Shown here piece by piece: positions 27,376-41,928 of a stretch of 64,000 bases of DNA. The stretch's first letter is position 1. The number at the start of each line of letters is the position of its first letter. The notes under the pieces were generated by a model that searched no databases, was not told where the DNA came from, and saw only the letters and a list, made by a program, of their open reading frames with translations. Position numbers and translations under genes: made by a program. Source of the DNA: Camelus dromedarius (Eukaryota); NCBI RefSeq assembly GCF_036321535.1, contig NC_087462.1, positions 10,230,001-10,294,000 on the forward strand, read 5' to 3'.

Positions 27376-30300
27376 ATGGCCTCGTTGCCTCTCCTGCCCT
27401 TCCTGCGTCTGCTGCTGCTGCTGCGTCTGCTGCTGCTGCTGCTGGAGGGCCCCTCGGCGGCGCGGGCGTCCCTGCTGGGAACACTCCCAGAGGGGGCGGC
27501 CCCCTGCAAGGTAGGGACGGCGATGCGGCGGGCGGGCCAACGGGACCGGCGCCCAGGCGACAGGCCGGCGGCTCCTCCTCTCTCCCCGGGCTTCTCCAGG
27601 GAAGACCAGGGTCCAGAGGGGACGCTAACCTGGGTCGGTGCCGACCCCATCCACTTCAATCCTGACACTGTGGCCACACTCCTTTCCCTTTCGCTTCCCC
27701 ATCTGGAGTCTGAGTCGCTCGGCCGTAACCCGGATTTCCCCGCTGCCCCTCCACCCAGGGTGCATTGAGCACCTACTGTGTACATCTGGAGCGGAAATCA
27801 GTCTCTTCTTTCATGCCAGGGGAAGCCCAGACAAGCTAAGCCTGCCTATGGCTACCCGCTCTCACTAGGTGCTGCTTACTGGGTGCCTTTCGGCCCGGGA
27901 AGAGCTCGCGTGTTTCTGGTGCGGAGTAAGCAGATGCCCCGAAGGCTGAGCGACTTGCTCACAGACACCGCCGCCCGCCACCCCTCAGCTGTAGCCGGAA
28001 GTCAGCACCTATTAGGTGCCGCCTCTGCAGTAGCCTTGGGAGGAGTTCAGTGGGCCCGCTGAGGGGAAGACTAAATAAGGAGTCAGCGGGGGTGTAGGAC
28101 CTTGCTCAGCTCAGGGCCAAGTCTCTAGGGATGAAGTGGCAACAAGTGAGCGTGCATTGGCGGTATGCACCACAGAAGGCAGGATTGACAGCAGTGACCA
28201 GAAATGTGCATGACTTGAATTCTTACCTCCTGCTGTCCCCCTGGGTGAAAAGTTTCAGCTCACCCAGATGGAAGCAAGACTCGTGTACACATTAACTACC
28301 TACTGTTTGCAAATCTTGTCACATCCATTTTGCAGACAGGCTGAGATGTAGGAAGATTTAGAGACGTAGTAAATCCTCAGAGTCAGAATTCCACCTGGCA
28401 AGGTCTGGAAGGAGTGGGAGACGGAGCACCTACTGTTTGCAGCTCCCTTTCTGCAAGAGAACCAAGCAGGGCTGCCTTTGATTTATACCCCTTCCTCCCG
28501 CCCAGGCTGGTGAGCTATGCCTGAGAGCGCCCCTGGGGAAGTCAGACCCACCACCTGTCAATGTGAGCCTCTATTATGAGTCGCTGTGTCCCGGCTGCCG
28601 ATATTTTCTGGTCCGAGAGCTTTTCCCAACGTGGCTGTTGGTCCAGGAGATCCTCAATGTCACGTTGGTGCCCTATGGAAACGCTCAGGTACGTGGGCAC
28701 TGGGGAAACTGAGGCACGTGGCCAGGGGAGGAGGGCAGGGGAAGGAGGTGGGCTGCCAGCACTCATCCCACTGCCTTTCAGGAACGAAACATCAGTGGCA
28801 AGTGGGAGTTCACATGTCAACACGGGGAGCAGGAATGCAAGCTTAACAAGGTGGAGGTGAGCAGCCCCAGAGTTCCCGGGTGGGGAGCACTGAGGCTGGG
28901 AAAACTGTCCATGATAAGGAAGGTGAAAGCGAGGCTCAGAAGGGATTGGGACCAGCACTGTCCTCTGCCTGTCTGCCCTCATGTCATCATGTCTTCATTT
29001 TTCCACTTTGTTAGTGGACACCCGTGATTATTCCCAGAGTGGTCTCAGGGTGCTCTGGGCCCCCCTCACATCCTTGCCTGCCTGCCCCCACCCCTAGGCC
29101 TGCCTGTTGGACCAGCTAGAGAGGAACGTGGCCTTCCTAACCATTGTCTGCCTTGAGGAAATGGATGACATGGAGAAAAATCTGAAGCCGGTGAGCAGTG
29201 CCCCCTCACTCAGCTTGGGTTGCAGGGCCCTGACCTCCCTGCATCCAGACAGACCCAGGTTCAAGTCTTTACCTTGACGGTCACTCTCTGTGCAGCCCTG
29301 AGAAATTGGCTTCCCCTCTCATAGCCTCAATCTCTGAATCGAGAGAATGAAGATCTTCTGGGGACATGGGTAGATCAGGGAGGGCTTCCTGGACAAGGTG
29401 TCTCTGAGCTGGGCTTGGATGAACAGGAATGAGCAGGGACATAGATGATGATCCTTCTCTGTGGGAGTGACAGGACAGGACCTCTCTCCCTGGAGGATTA
29501 TGAAAAGGAACTCCCAGACGAATGACTCATCTGCCCCAATTGTTTATTCATTCATCAAACATCTGGGCCACCCAAGAGACCTGGGCCATCCTGAGACACC
29601 CCTAGCCCTGCACAGTCATAGTGGGGCTGGGGGAGTACAAAGGAGGAAGAAAGGTGTTTCTGGCAGAGAGAACAGCATGTATGGAAGCTCTGAGGAAAGT
29701 GAAACACTGTAGGGATCAGGGGCTGTGGGTCTGGTCTTATGGAAGACAGGAGCAACCTGAGCCCCTGCCCTGGGGGCTTCCACTTAGGCATGTATTAAGC
29801 ACCTACTACTTGTGGGCATTGCTGCATCCCTGTGAACCCAACTGTCCCCCGTTGCCAGTGAGGAAACAGAAGCTTGGCTTGGCCGGGTTGGGGGAGCAGT
29901 GCTGGTTGCGGGACCGTTGGGGAGATAACAGGGAGGAAGCTGAGGCAATGCCCCAGCTGACCAGGTCCCCCTCTGCCCTCAGTGCCTGCAGATCTATGCT
30001 CCAAAGGTGTCCCCGGACACCATCATGGAGTGCGCAATGGGGGACCGTGGCATGCAGCTCTTACACATCAACGCCCAGCTGACAGACGCTCTGCAACCAC
30101 CCCACGAATATGTGCCCTGGGTCGTCGTCAATGGGGTAAGAACTCTTGCAGCCCTCAGGTCAGCCCCCAGGCAGATGGGTGTGCCCACTGATGTGGGAGG
30201 ATGGACTGATGTGCCCACTGATCTGGGAGGCAAGAGGCAGGGGCCAGACTTGGGGCCATTTGCAGCCCCTTCTGGACCAAGCACGGATTGGTTGAGGCGG

Positions 30301-30535
30301 GTGGGACTTATGACCTCCTGTCTTGCTTGTGTAGAAACCCATGAAAAAGCAGGGTCAGCTTTTACGCCTCGTTTGTCAGTTGTACCAGGTAAGCTGTATG
30401 GGGACCAGAGGGATTCAGCCAGTGGGGGTAGGGTCTCCTATCAGGACCCCAATTCATGGCCATCTCCTCCAGGGCGAGAAGCCGGATGTCTGCCAAATCA
30501 TGACCAGTTCCCACAAGGAAGTCTGTTTCAAGTGA
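27376..30535 (+). CDS. IFI30: Gamma-interferon-inducible lysosomal thiol reductase (GILT), 251 aa
   Basis: Exons 27376-27510, 28506-28688, 28782-28856, 29098-29190, 29983-30135, 30335-30388, 30473-30535 (756 nt). Leu-rich signal peptide, active site YYESLCPGC (CXXC), GILT signature [28 protein letters not shown], sequons NVS/NVT/NIS, ends KEVCFK. Confidence 0.97.
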
Positions 30536-30732
30536 CGGCCAGTGCCCCGGGAGGGGGCTGATGTAGGAAGAGAAGGATCCCATCTGCCCTCGTTTTCTGA
30601 TCTCCAACTCTCAGCAACCACTACTCATCATCTGGATAACTTCTACACATTCCATTAATCCGGGACTCAAAATTCTGCCCCTAGATCAAGAATCTTGCCC
30701 TACTGAGAATGGTGCTACATTGAAACTTGTTC

Positions 30733-30738
30733 AATAAA
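30733..30738 (+). terminator. IFI30 poly(A) signal
   Basis: AATAAA ~200 nt after the stop, followed by gttgtgatt. Confidence 0.8.
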
Positions 30739-31515
30739 CACTTCTGGATGTTGTGATTCATTTGCTAAGGCAGCAGATCCCCTTCTTCTGGATTTGCACA
30801 ATGTTGGGACCCCTGAGAAGACCCCTGTCCAGGGGATGCAGAGCCAGATGGACATCCCTAGTCCCATGGCGGGCAGCAATGGGCCAGATGGAGAGGCACC
30901 AGGGCTAGAGAAGTCCAGAGGAAGAGTGAAGGTCCTGCATTGGGAAAATGGACATTGGGGCTGGGGTTTTGAAGAGTGACTAAAAGTTCATTAGGCAGAA
31001 AATGTATTCATTAATTCAAAAAACATCCCTAGCTACCCCTTTTTGCTGACCCTACTCTGGGTGTTATGGGTTAAGCTAAAGAATGGTAACTGGGGCCAGG
31101 CAAGACCAGAGGATGCGGCAGGAACCTTGTCCCGGGAATTTGAAAGAATGTGTTCACTAAGGGGGTATCATAGTGTTCCAGGAAAGGGCATAAGTGTGCA
31201 GAGATTCAGATGGCAGCAAAATTTGGACCTAGAATGCCAGGCTTAGGCGCCTGAGAACAACAGGGCATGTTACAGGATAATTTTCAAAGAAAGGAAAAAT
31301 CATGATTCTCATACTGATGTAAAATGAATACTTGTTAAAGATTTTATTGAATTCATGATTAATGAAAGAAACTGGTCAGATGTTCAAAGAAGATACAGGT
31401 TTATAGATCAGAAATATTGAAATGATTGTGCAAAACTGCCTTTTTCACAGGGGCAGGGGAAGAAAGAGTTCTTTTTTTTCCCACCCAGCTTGATAATGTT
31501 TTCCTAATTCTAATA

Positions 31516-31620
31516 CAGTTGACCCTTGAACAGCATAGGTTTGAACTGCGTGGGTCCACTTATACCTGGATTTTTTTTTCTCACTAAATACCTACCACAG
31601 TTCTATGTGATCAGCGGTTG
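31516..31620. mobile_element. Tigger1-like DNA transposon end fragment
   Basis: TA followed by cagttgacccttgaacagcataggtttgaactgcgtgggtccacttata, the Tigger terminal sequence. Confidence 0.75.
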
Positions 31621-31624
31621 ATGT

Positions 31625-31981
31625 GTGTAGCGAGAACACTGAAGATGTATTTGCTTAGCAACTTACAAGTATACAATAAAGAACTATTAACAAAAGTCAC
31701 TCTGCAGTATTCAGGTCATCCTCAGGACTTATTCTTCTTACAATGAAAGTTTGTACCCTTTGACCAATATCTCCCCATCCCCTACCCAAGCCCCTGGCAA
31801 TCACCGTTGTTCTGTTCCTATGAGTTTGACCATTTTAGGTTCCACATACAAGAGAAATCACACAGTATTTGTCTTTCTCTGTCTGGCTAATTTCACTTAG
31901 CATGACGCCCTCCACTTTCATCCACGTTGCCACAAGTAGCCAGATTTCCTTCTCTTTTTTTTTTTTATGGCTGAATAATAT
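31625..31981 (-). mobile_element. LINE-1 (L1MA/MB-like) 3' fragment
   Basis: gaaagtttgtaccctttgaccaatatctcccc...agtatttgtctttctctgtctggctaatttcacttagcat...tttatggctgaataata. Confidence 0.75.
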
Positions 31982-32602
31982 TTGAGTTGTCCCTTTCATT
32001 AAAAATAATCTCAAAGAAAGATCTTCCTTGGCTGGTCTCTTGGGATTTGCTCTGATTACACAGGTGCAGCAGGCGTTCAGTTTGCTTTACTAGAAGTTTC
32101 CATAAGGAATCTCAAACTTCAAATCTAAAAACCTCTATCATTTGCTAACTCGAGGTGAGAACTCGAGTTTCACTTGCAGTATCTCTGCCTTTTGGTGAAT
32201 TTTTCTCTTCTTTGATGTTCCCAAATTATTGCAAGGATCTTGATTGGCCAGATTTGACCTGTAAGGCTGACCCTGCAAGCCAGGGACAAGCCAGTTTTCC
32301 TGTGAGGGTTTTGTAAGCACTGGCTCCTAAAAGCCCAACTTGCTTTCTTGAAATTGGCTGATGAAATCTGTATAAGGAGATGGTCTCTCTTTCAGGAGGT
32401 GAAGTGTTAATTCCGCCACCTCAGCCCAATCCTGAGAGTGGACTGGATTTTGGAACTCAACTCCAAAGAGTAGGGAAAGTGAAAAATGCTAACTTGACAG
32501 TGGAGTAGAGACACATGGCAGACTTCCCCCTAACCACGTGAGCCAGGTGAGTCAGCGGGGTAAGTCATGTGCATATCACATGCCCACATATGATGCAGAA
32601 AT

Positions 32603-33043
32603 GGTAGCAGAAGTAAAACCTTCCTCCACCTTCTAGGATCCGCAGCTGAGACTGACACACAAGACAGATTCACAGGGAAAAAGCATACTAAATGTATTTA
32701 CATGTCCATGGGGGTCTTTGCAAGAAAAAGGAAGCCCCCAAGACTTGTTATTTATGAGGCTGTACAGTGTGTCAATTGCAGGAAAGCAACTAAAATACAT
32801 GGGGAGACTAAAAGAAGATGAGTTATTTCAACAAGACGTGTTTGTACAGATTTCTCTCAGCCTTGATTTCCTGTCTCTGGTGTTAAGAGCGTTTCTTCCT
32901 CCTAGTACTGGGAGGGCACCTTTCCCATGGGAATTTCATCTCCTGCTTTCAGGAAGAAAAAGGAAGATCCAAGAGCCTTTAACTCAAAGCAATCAATCTG
33001 CCAGAGCAGCATATTTCGGGGTGGTATGTTCTGAACTCCTTCA
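32603..33043 (-). mobile_element. ERV1 LTR (MER34-like)
   Basis: Minus strand starts TGAAGGAGTTCAGAACATACCACCCCGAAATATGCTGCTCTGGCAGATTGATTGCTTTGAGTTAAAGG, resembling MER34-group LTR 5' ends. Lower boundary approximate. Confidence 0.6.
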
Positions 33044-33858
33044 ATGGAAACAAACAAAATCACAGGTCTAGATAACAAAATCTGTTCCTCCTGGTGGGCA
33101 CAAAATTCTTAATGGATCCTCCATTGTTTTTCAGCCAGAAACCAGTAATCCATTGATAGATATTGCCAAATGGTCAGCCCATGAAGCTAAATACCCAGTC
33201 CCTGATGCCACCAAGCCAGTGACATTAGCCATCATAAAAGCACCAAAAACAAGGCATGCATTTATAGAAAAGAAAACAAAAATGAGAAAAATAGAGAACT
33301 AGCAAAATTCTCTCATCCCTTTGGAGGTGCCAGGGCTTCAGCCACCGTTAAGTGCACTTCTCTGTTGACAAAGTTTACCTGACTCTGTTCCATGAATCAT
33401 AATTTGACTCCCCACTCACCCACCTTTTTAACCATTTTGGAAGTTTTCAACCAAAATGCAGTAAAATCTAGAGCCTGGAATACCAGTGAGGTATTTGACA
33501 GCAATAGGAAATGTTGAAGGACAATTCTCCCAAAAAAAGGTAAAATCATGACTCTCATACAGATATAAAAATGATCATGTGTTAAAAATTATTGTTAACT
33601 TGTTATTAATAAAAGGAACTGGTCAGGTGTTAAAAACCACTTCAAAGGAGATCCAAACAACAGACAAAATAGGAACAGCAAAATGAATGTACAAATGAAG
33701 GCAAAAAAATTGGGGGGAGCGGCTCTCCACTTGGTAGAATTCATTTGCATGTCTATAGGCAAGAATTATTTTTCGCTGTTATCCGTTATTACCACTGAGT
33801 TTATAAAATATCTCCCATAGAGTCAAAATCAGAAAACCCTAAAGGGTGTCCTCTAACA

Positions 33859-34165
33859 CAGGGCAAAAAGAATTTTTAAAGGCCATATTGTTAATAGTTT
33901 CATTTTTGCAGACCAATCTTTGTTGCAACTACTCACTGTCGTGAGAGCAGAAAATAAATAAATGGGCATGGCTACGTTCTAGTATAGCTTTATTTATAGA
34001 CTAGGAAATTTGAATTTCACATAACTTTCACATGTCCCAGAGTATTATTTTGATTTTTTTTTCCTCGACCAATTGAAAAATGTAAGAAACATGCTTAGCT
34101 CTTGAGCCTCATCAATACAGGAGATGACAGGTTTTGGCCCCTAGGCTATAGTTTGCGACACCCTG
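33859..34165. mobile_element. MER58B-like hAT/Charlie MITE
   Basis: caggg...gttgcaactactca...gaaatttgaatttcacataactttcacatgtc...ggctatagtttgcgacaccctg with terminal caggg/ccctg. Confidence 0.75.
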
Positions 34166-34339
34166 TTCCTGTAGGTAGTGCATAGGTTTCCGTTGCAACT
34201 CACATTTTCCCCTACAGGAGATAAAATGGGGATATAATTGTTCCTGCAGCAGTACAAATTTGCTGTAAAATGTCTTAATGCACGTAATGTGCCCAGAACA
34301 GTGCCTAAAGTTTGAATTATTATTCCTCTGGAACTAAGG

Positions 34340-35042
34340 TCAGACGACCAGCTATAGTCAGGACCAAGGTCAACGTCTAGACAAGAATCCCGGTGGCCTG
34401 CGCTCGCAGCAGAACTGTAGCTCCGCCTCCACTTTCCTCAGTCTTTGAGGGATTGGACCTCCGCCCCGGTAGCTGTCATAGCCACAGGTCCGAACTCTTT
34501 CTCGGGAATTCCGGGAGAATCTGCATAACTGGAGGGCAACTAGACAGGCGAACTCGGTAACTAAGATTGGCCATCTCAACGTGAGAGGCAGGGCGACAGT
34601 CAGTGATTTGCCAGCTAGTCTGCGAGGGCCTCCGATTGGCCAGTGCACTACTGGGCTGAATATGGCGAAGGTTACCCATAGGCCAGAGCATAAAGGGGCG
34701 GGACAACGAGAGTCGAAGTCAGTAATTGGCATGCTCGCTGTGGCGCGAAGCCTATTTGTGATTGGTCCGTAAGGCGCAGAAGGCGGTGTAAGGCTTCGTT
34801 CAGCGATTGGCCTGGGAAGGGATACCGGCCTTTTATTGGCTAATGCCTCTCGGGGCGGGTATAGTGAAGCAGAGAGCGGTTAGCGATTGACTGGCGCTGC
34901 TTGGAGAGGGCGTGCAAATCGCGCAAACAGCGTGCGATTGGCTAACACGGCGCGGGATGGGCACCCCCGCTGCTGCGGTGACGCGCGATTGGTCGGCATG
35001 GGCGGGGCGGCCCGGTGCGCCGGTTCCTGGGTCCCGTTCGCG
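34340..35042 (+). promoter_or_regulatory. MPV17L2 CpG-island promoter with multiple inverted CCAAT boxes and GC boxes
   Basis: ATTGG at 34452, 34566, 34635, 34725, 34761, 34806, 34835, 34937, 34988; variants at 34606 and 34886; GGGGCGGG at ~34695 and ~34852. Confidence 0.8.
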
Positions 35043-37534
35043 ATGGCGTCCAGAGGCTGGCGCTGGGTGCGCGGCCTATGGGCCGCGGGACAGCCCCTGT
35101 TCCAAGGCCGTGCGCTGCTCGTGACAAATACGCTGGGCTGCGGCGCTCTCATGGCAACCGGAGATGGCGTGCGCCAGTCCTGGGAGATCCGCGCCCGGAC
35201 GGGCCAGAAGTTCGACCCGCGGCGCTCAGGTGAGGGGCTGGTGCTGCTGGCCTTTGACTCCACAGGATCTTTGGCCCCGACCTGTTTCGGAGACCCGTGA
35301 ACTGGACCCTCGCGCCCTGACCCTTGACCCATGGCCTCAGTCCCTGGCAAGACCCTTGACCTCCGCGTTCACCCTAGGTAGCCCATCTCCGGGTCTCCGT
35401 CCCCTCCCCACCGGGGTCTTCATTCCCTCCAAGATGTAAGGTTTCTGTCCACTCCTATCCTGGGGATCAGGTCCTTACCCACCACCTCGTCTGCTTCCCT
35501 CCTGCACTGAGAGACCTAGCCTTGAGCACGGGATGCTGCATCCGGGGCTGTTAAGGGCGCAGCATCTGGCCCCAGCCAGCCTGGAGTCGCGCCCTGGCCC
35601 CATACTTCCCTACCCGCTGTGCCTTTGTTTCCTATTCTGGAAAATGGGGCGATGGTAGAACCCTCTGACAGGGTGGTGAAGGAATGAGACAAGAAGATGC
35701 AAAAACAGCCCTTGGAACACTGTCTGGCGGTGGGACTAATAATGGAATATTACACGGTTGGGCTCTGGAAGCGAATGAAGCTAACCCGGTCTTAGCCAGG
35801 AAGGGAGCGGATTGGGGGATTTGCTGGCCTGACGAGCCCCCGGCCCCCGACTCTTGGATTGCCCACAGTGAGCATGTTTGCAGTGGGCTGCAGCATGGGC
35901 CCCTTCCTGCACTACTGGTACCTCTGGCTGGACCACCTGCTCCCTGCATCCGGCTTCCGTGGCCTCCCAAACGTCCTCAGGAAGGTTCTCATCGACCAAC
36001 TGGTGGCCTCTCCCACACTGGGTGTCTGGTACTTCTTGGGTAAGGAGCCACGTGAGCTTGTGCTTTGCCCCTTATAGGTCAGGAGGGGTAGAGCCAGCTT
36101 TGTATTAAGAAGGAATCAAAAATGCACCTCCTGTGTGGGTGGCCCTGGACAGGAGGCTGGGTTACAGTGGTAATAGGACAGACCCAGTGGAGGCAGGTGT
36201 GAATGGCAGACTCACAGACAATGGTGCTAAGTGTAGGAAGAGTGAAGACTGATGGGGCTGCCATGGACAGTGGTTGGGAGGGCTTCCCAAAGGAGAGGAC
36301 ACTCTGCTGAGACTTGAAGAAGGAACCAGCAGGCAGGTGGAACAGCACGTGCAAAGGCCCTAAGGCTGAAGGGAAAGGAGCTGAAACTGGGGTTGAAGGG
36401 GTACAGTCATTCCAGCCTTTGGCTCTGGAGACTCGCCCATTCCTTGCCCCCCAGAGTCAATTTCCTTATTTGTAAAGGACTGGTAATAAAACAGCCTCTG
36501 CCTTGGGAAAGGTGTGTTTCCATACCTCAGGGTACGTGTTTATTCATAACCCACCTCCCTCCCTCACTGGGACCTAGTTATTCTGCTGTTTACCCATACC
36601 AGCCACTCTCTGTGTGCCCTTCCCACTGCAGGGCTTTTAAATGTCCTAGTCCCTCTGCTTGGGACACCCTGTCCCTCAGGGGCCCCACCCTACCCTCTCT
36701 AGTACTCCCCATCCTCTGACACTCTCATTTCTTGGTTTCCTTCCTAGGCATTGGCTGCCTGGAGGGCCAGACCCTAGGTGAGAGCTGCCAGGAGCTGCGA
36801 GATAAGTTCTGGGAATTCTACAAGGTGGGCATGCCTGCCCAGGTCCCGCCTATTCCTTCATTCTCCACCCCCTTGCATCTGTCCCACCTCTCCCTTTCAC
36901 AGGCACCCCCTTTCAAGGCCCCACCCCTCACAGCCACCTGACCCCACCAGATCCCTCCTGACCCCGCCTCTCACTACATTTCACCCCTCCCCATAGGCTG
37001 ACTGGTGCGTGTGGCCTGCTGCGCAGCTGGTGAATTTCCTCTTCGTGCCCCCCCAGTTCCGAGTCACCTACATCAACGGCCTGACACTGGGCTGGGACAC
37101 GTACCTCTCCTATCTGAAATACCGGGTGAGCACAGTGGGCAGACCAAGCACCCAGGGGACTCCTGGGGGGCCACATGTGTGAGCCCCAAACAGCTGTACA
37201 GCTACCCTCCAGGATGAGGGCCTGTGACAACCTGCACCCTATGGTGGGTGGGCAGGGAGCTGATGACCAGTATGGTGAAAACCAAGCCCACCTCTGCTGT
37301 CTGATGTGACCTTAGCCAGGTCCCTGCTGCATCTGTCCAGCGAGGGTAACTCCAGCCCCAACGGGTGGAGGGTTCTGTGAGGAGGAGCCCTGAGGGATGA
37401 ACGGGGCTTGTAACCAGACCCTCTTGTGTGGACAGATCCCAGGCTCCCAGACACATCCAGGCTGCGTGGCCCTGGGTACCATGCAGACTGAGCTGCCTCG
37501 TGCTCCAGCAGGATGCCAGACAGGACAAGACTGA
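35043..37534 (+). CDS. MPV17L2: Mpv17-like protein 2 (mitochondrial inner membrane, MPV17/PMP22 family), 220 aa
   Basis: Exons 35043-35229, 35869-36039, 36748-36824, 36997-37125, 37436-37534. [34 protein letters not shown]; [11 protein letters not shown]; [43 protein letters not shown]. The last exon is the least certain. Confidence 0.93.
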
Positions 37535-37938
37535 TCCTCAGCTGACCAGCTGCCTTGGGCTGGAAGGGGAACATGCTCCTGGGCCAAGTTCTAGCCCCAC
37601 CCTGATACCTGGACATCTGGTTGGGCTGCCCCCTCCAAGCCCACTGCCAGGCTTCACTTTGGGGAAACGAACAAACAATGAAGATGGACAGTCATCCCTC
37701 AGCCCTTCTAGGGGAGCCTTAGTGACTGGCAACAGATGTTCCATCCTCAGCCCTGGACCCCAGCCAGCCAGCCAGTCCCAAGCCCTTAACACTACTGTGG
37801 GCTGGGCTCTGGGACCAAGGTGGAGACATTGCCCATACCCTAGGAGCACGGCCAGTAGTCGGCCCCCAAAATCTGGAGCCTCAGATAGGGCTGGGCAACC
37901 TCCTGTCCCATCCTCTGGTCATGGGCTGTGGAGATTCC

Positions 37939-37944
37939 ATTAAA
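37939..37944 (+). terminator. MPV17L2 poly(A) signal candidate (ATTAAA)
   Basis: ccATTAAAttctc ~400 nt after the stop codon. Confidence 0.55.
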
Positions 37945-38030
37945 TTCTCTCTGAAATTGACAGTCTTGTGGATGGCCAAAGCCCGCACTGGCATGCTGGC
38001 ACTCAGAGGGACACTGTGTCATCCATTCGC

Positions 38031-38036
38031 TTTATT
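38031..38036 (-). terminator. RAB3A poly(A) signal
   Basis: TTTATT on the plus strand = AATAAA on the minus strand, ~625 nt after the RAB3A stop. Confidence 0.7.
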
Positions 38037-38660
38037 GGGGGTATGTAGTGTTGTCATATCTCCCAGGGGAATGAGGGGCATGTCTGACACTCATGATGTC
38101 AGAATAGGTCTTGTAGGGGGTGTCCCAGGGTGGTGAGTACCCACAGCAGTCCCCTTTCCAAAAAAAGGTACAACCATGAGGCCAGTAGCCAGGCAGGCCA
38201 TTTCCCGGCTCTCACCCACCCCGTGGTTCACTCTGAGACTCCTGCAGCCACCTTGGCCCACTGTGTCACAACTAAGGGGCTGGCAGGCCTGGCTACCTCC
38301 CATTACTCGATCAGCCTGCCCTGGGGTGTCATCTGGCCCCTCTCCAAAACTGATACCTGTTGATGGGGGTGAATTTATAAAAAGGTGGGGTCTGGGGAGA
38401 AGAGTGAGCGGTGAGTTCACAGGGCCACAACACGCCACTGCAGAGCGGGAACAGGGCTGTATGTACAGGGTGGGGCGCAGAGTGGGTGGGGCGCCCGAGC
38501 CCCTGGGGGACATCTCCAATAAATAAATAAATAGCTACGATAATAAATAGGGTGATGGGCTAAATTGCGGCAGGGGACTCGCACCCATGGCGAGTAGGGG
38601 GCCTGGCTCAGGCCCAGGGGGGTGGATAGGGGGCGGGGCCAGGATGGGGCGGGGCAGTTC

Positions 38661-41928
<3,268 letters not shown>

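Larger units (their letters stand above)
31268..33820. mobile_element. Degenerate ERV/LTR relic with nested insertions
   Basis: AT-rich block; two related TGTT-initiated segments at 31268 and 33512 (aaagg-aaaatcatga-tctcatac-gat-taaaa-tga...gaactggtcag-tgtt). Family and limits uncertain. Confidence 0.5.

Noticed and set aside
28587-28598. GILT active site CPGC rather than human CGGC
   Set aside because: CXXC is intact and the inner residues vary among mammals.
29983-29991. Possible in-frame alternative acceptor in IFI30 exon 5 removing C-L-Q
   Set aside because: The upstream AG has the better pyrimidine tract and nothing in the sequence supports use of the second.
32147-32169. Doubled AACTCGAG palindrome
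   Set aside because: Short, inside decayed ERV-like sequence, no supporting context.
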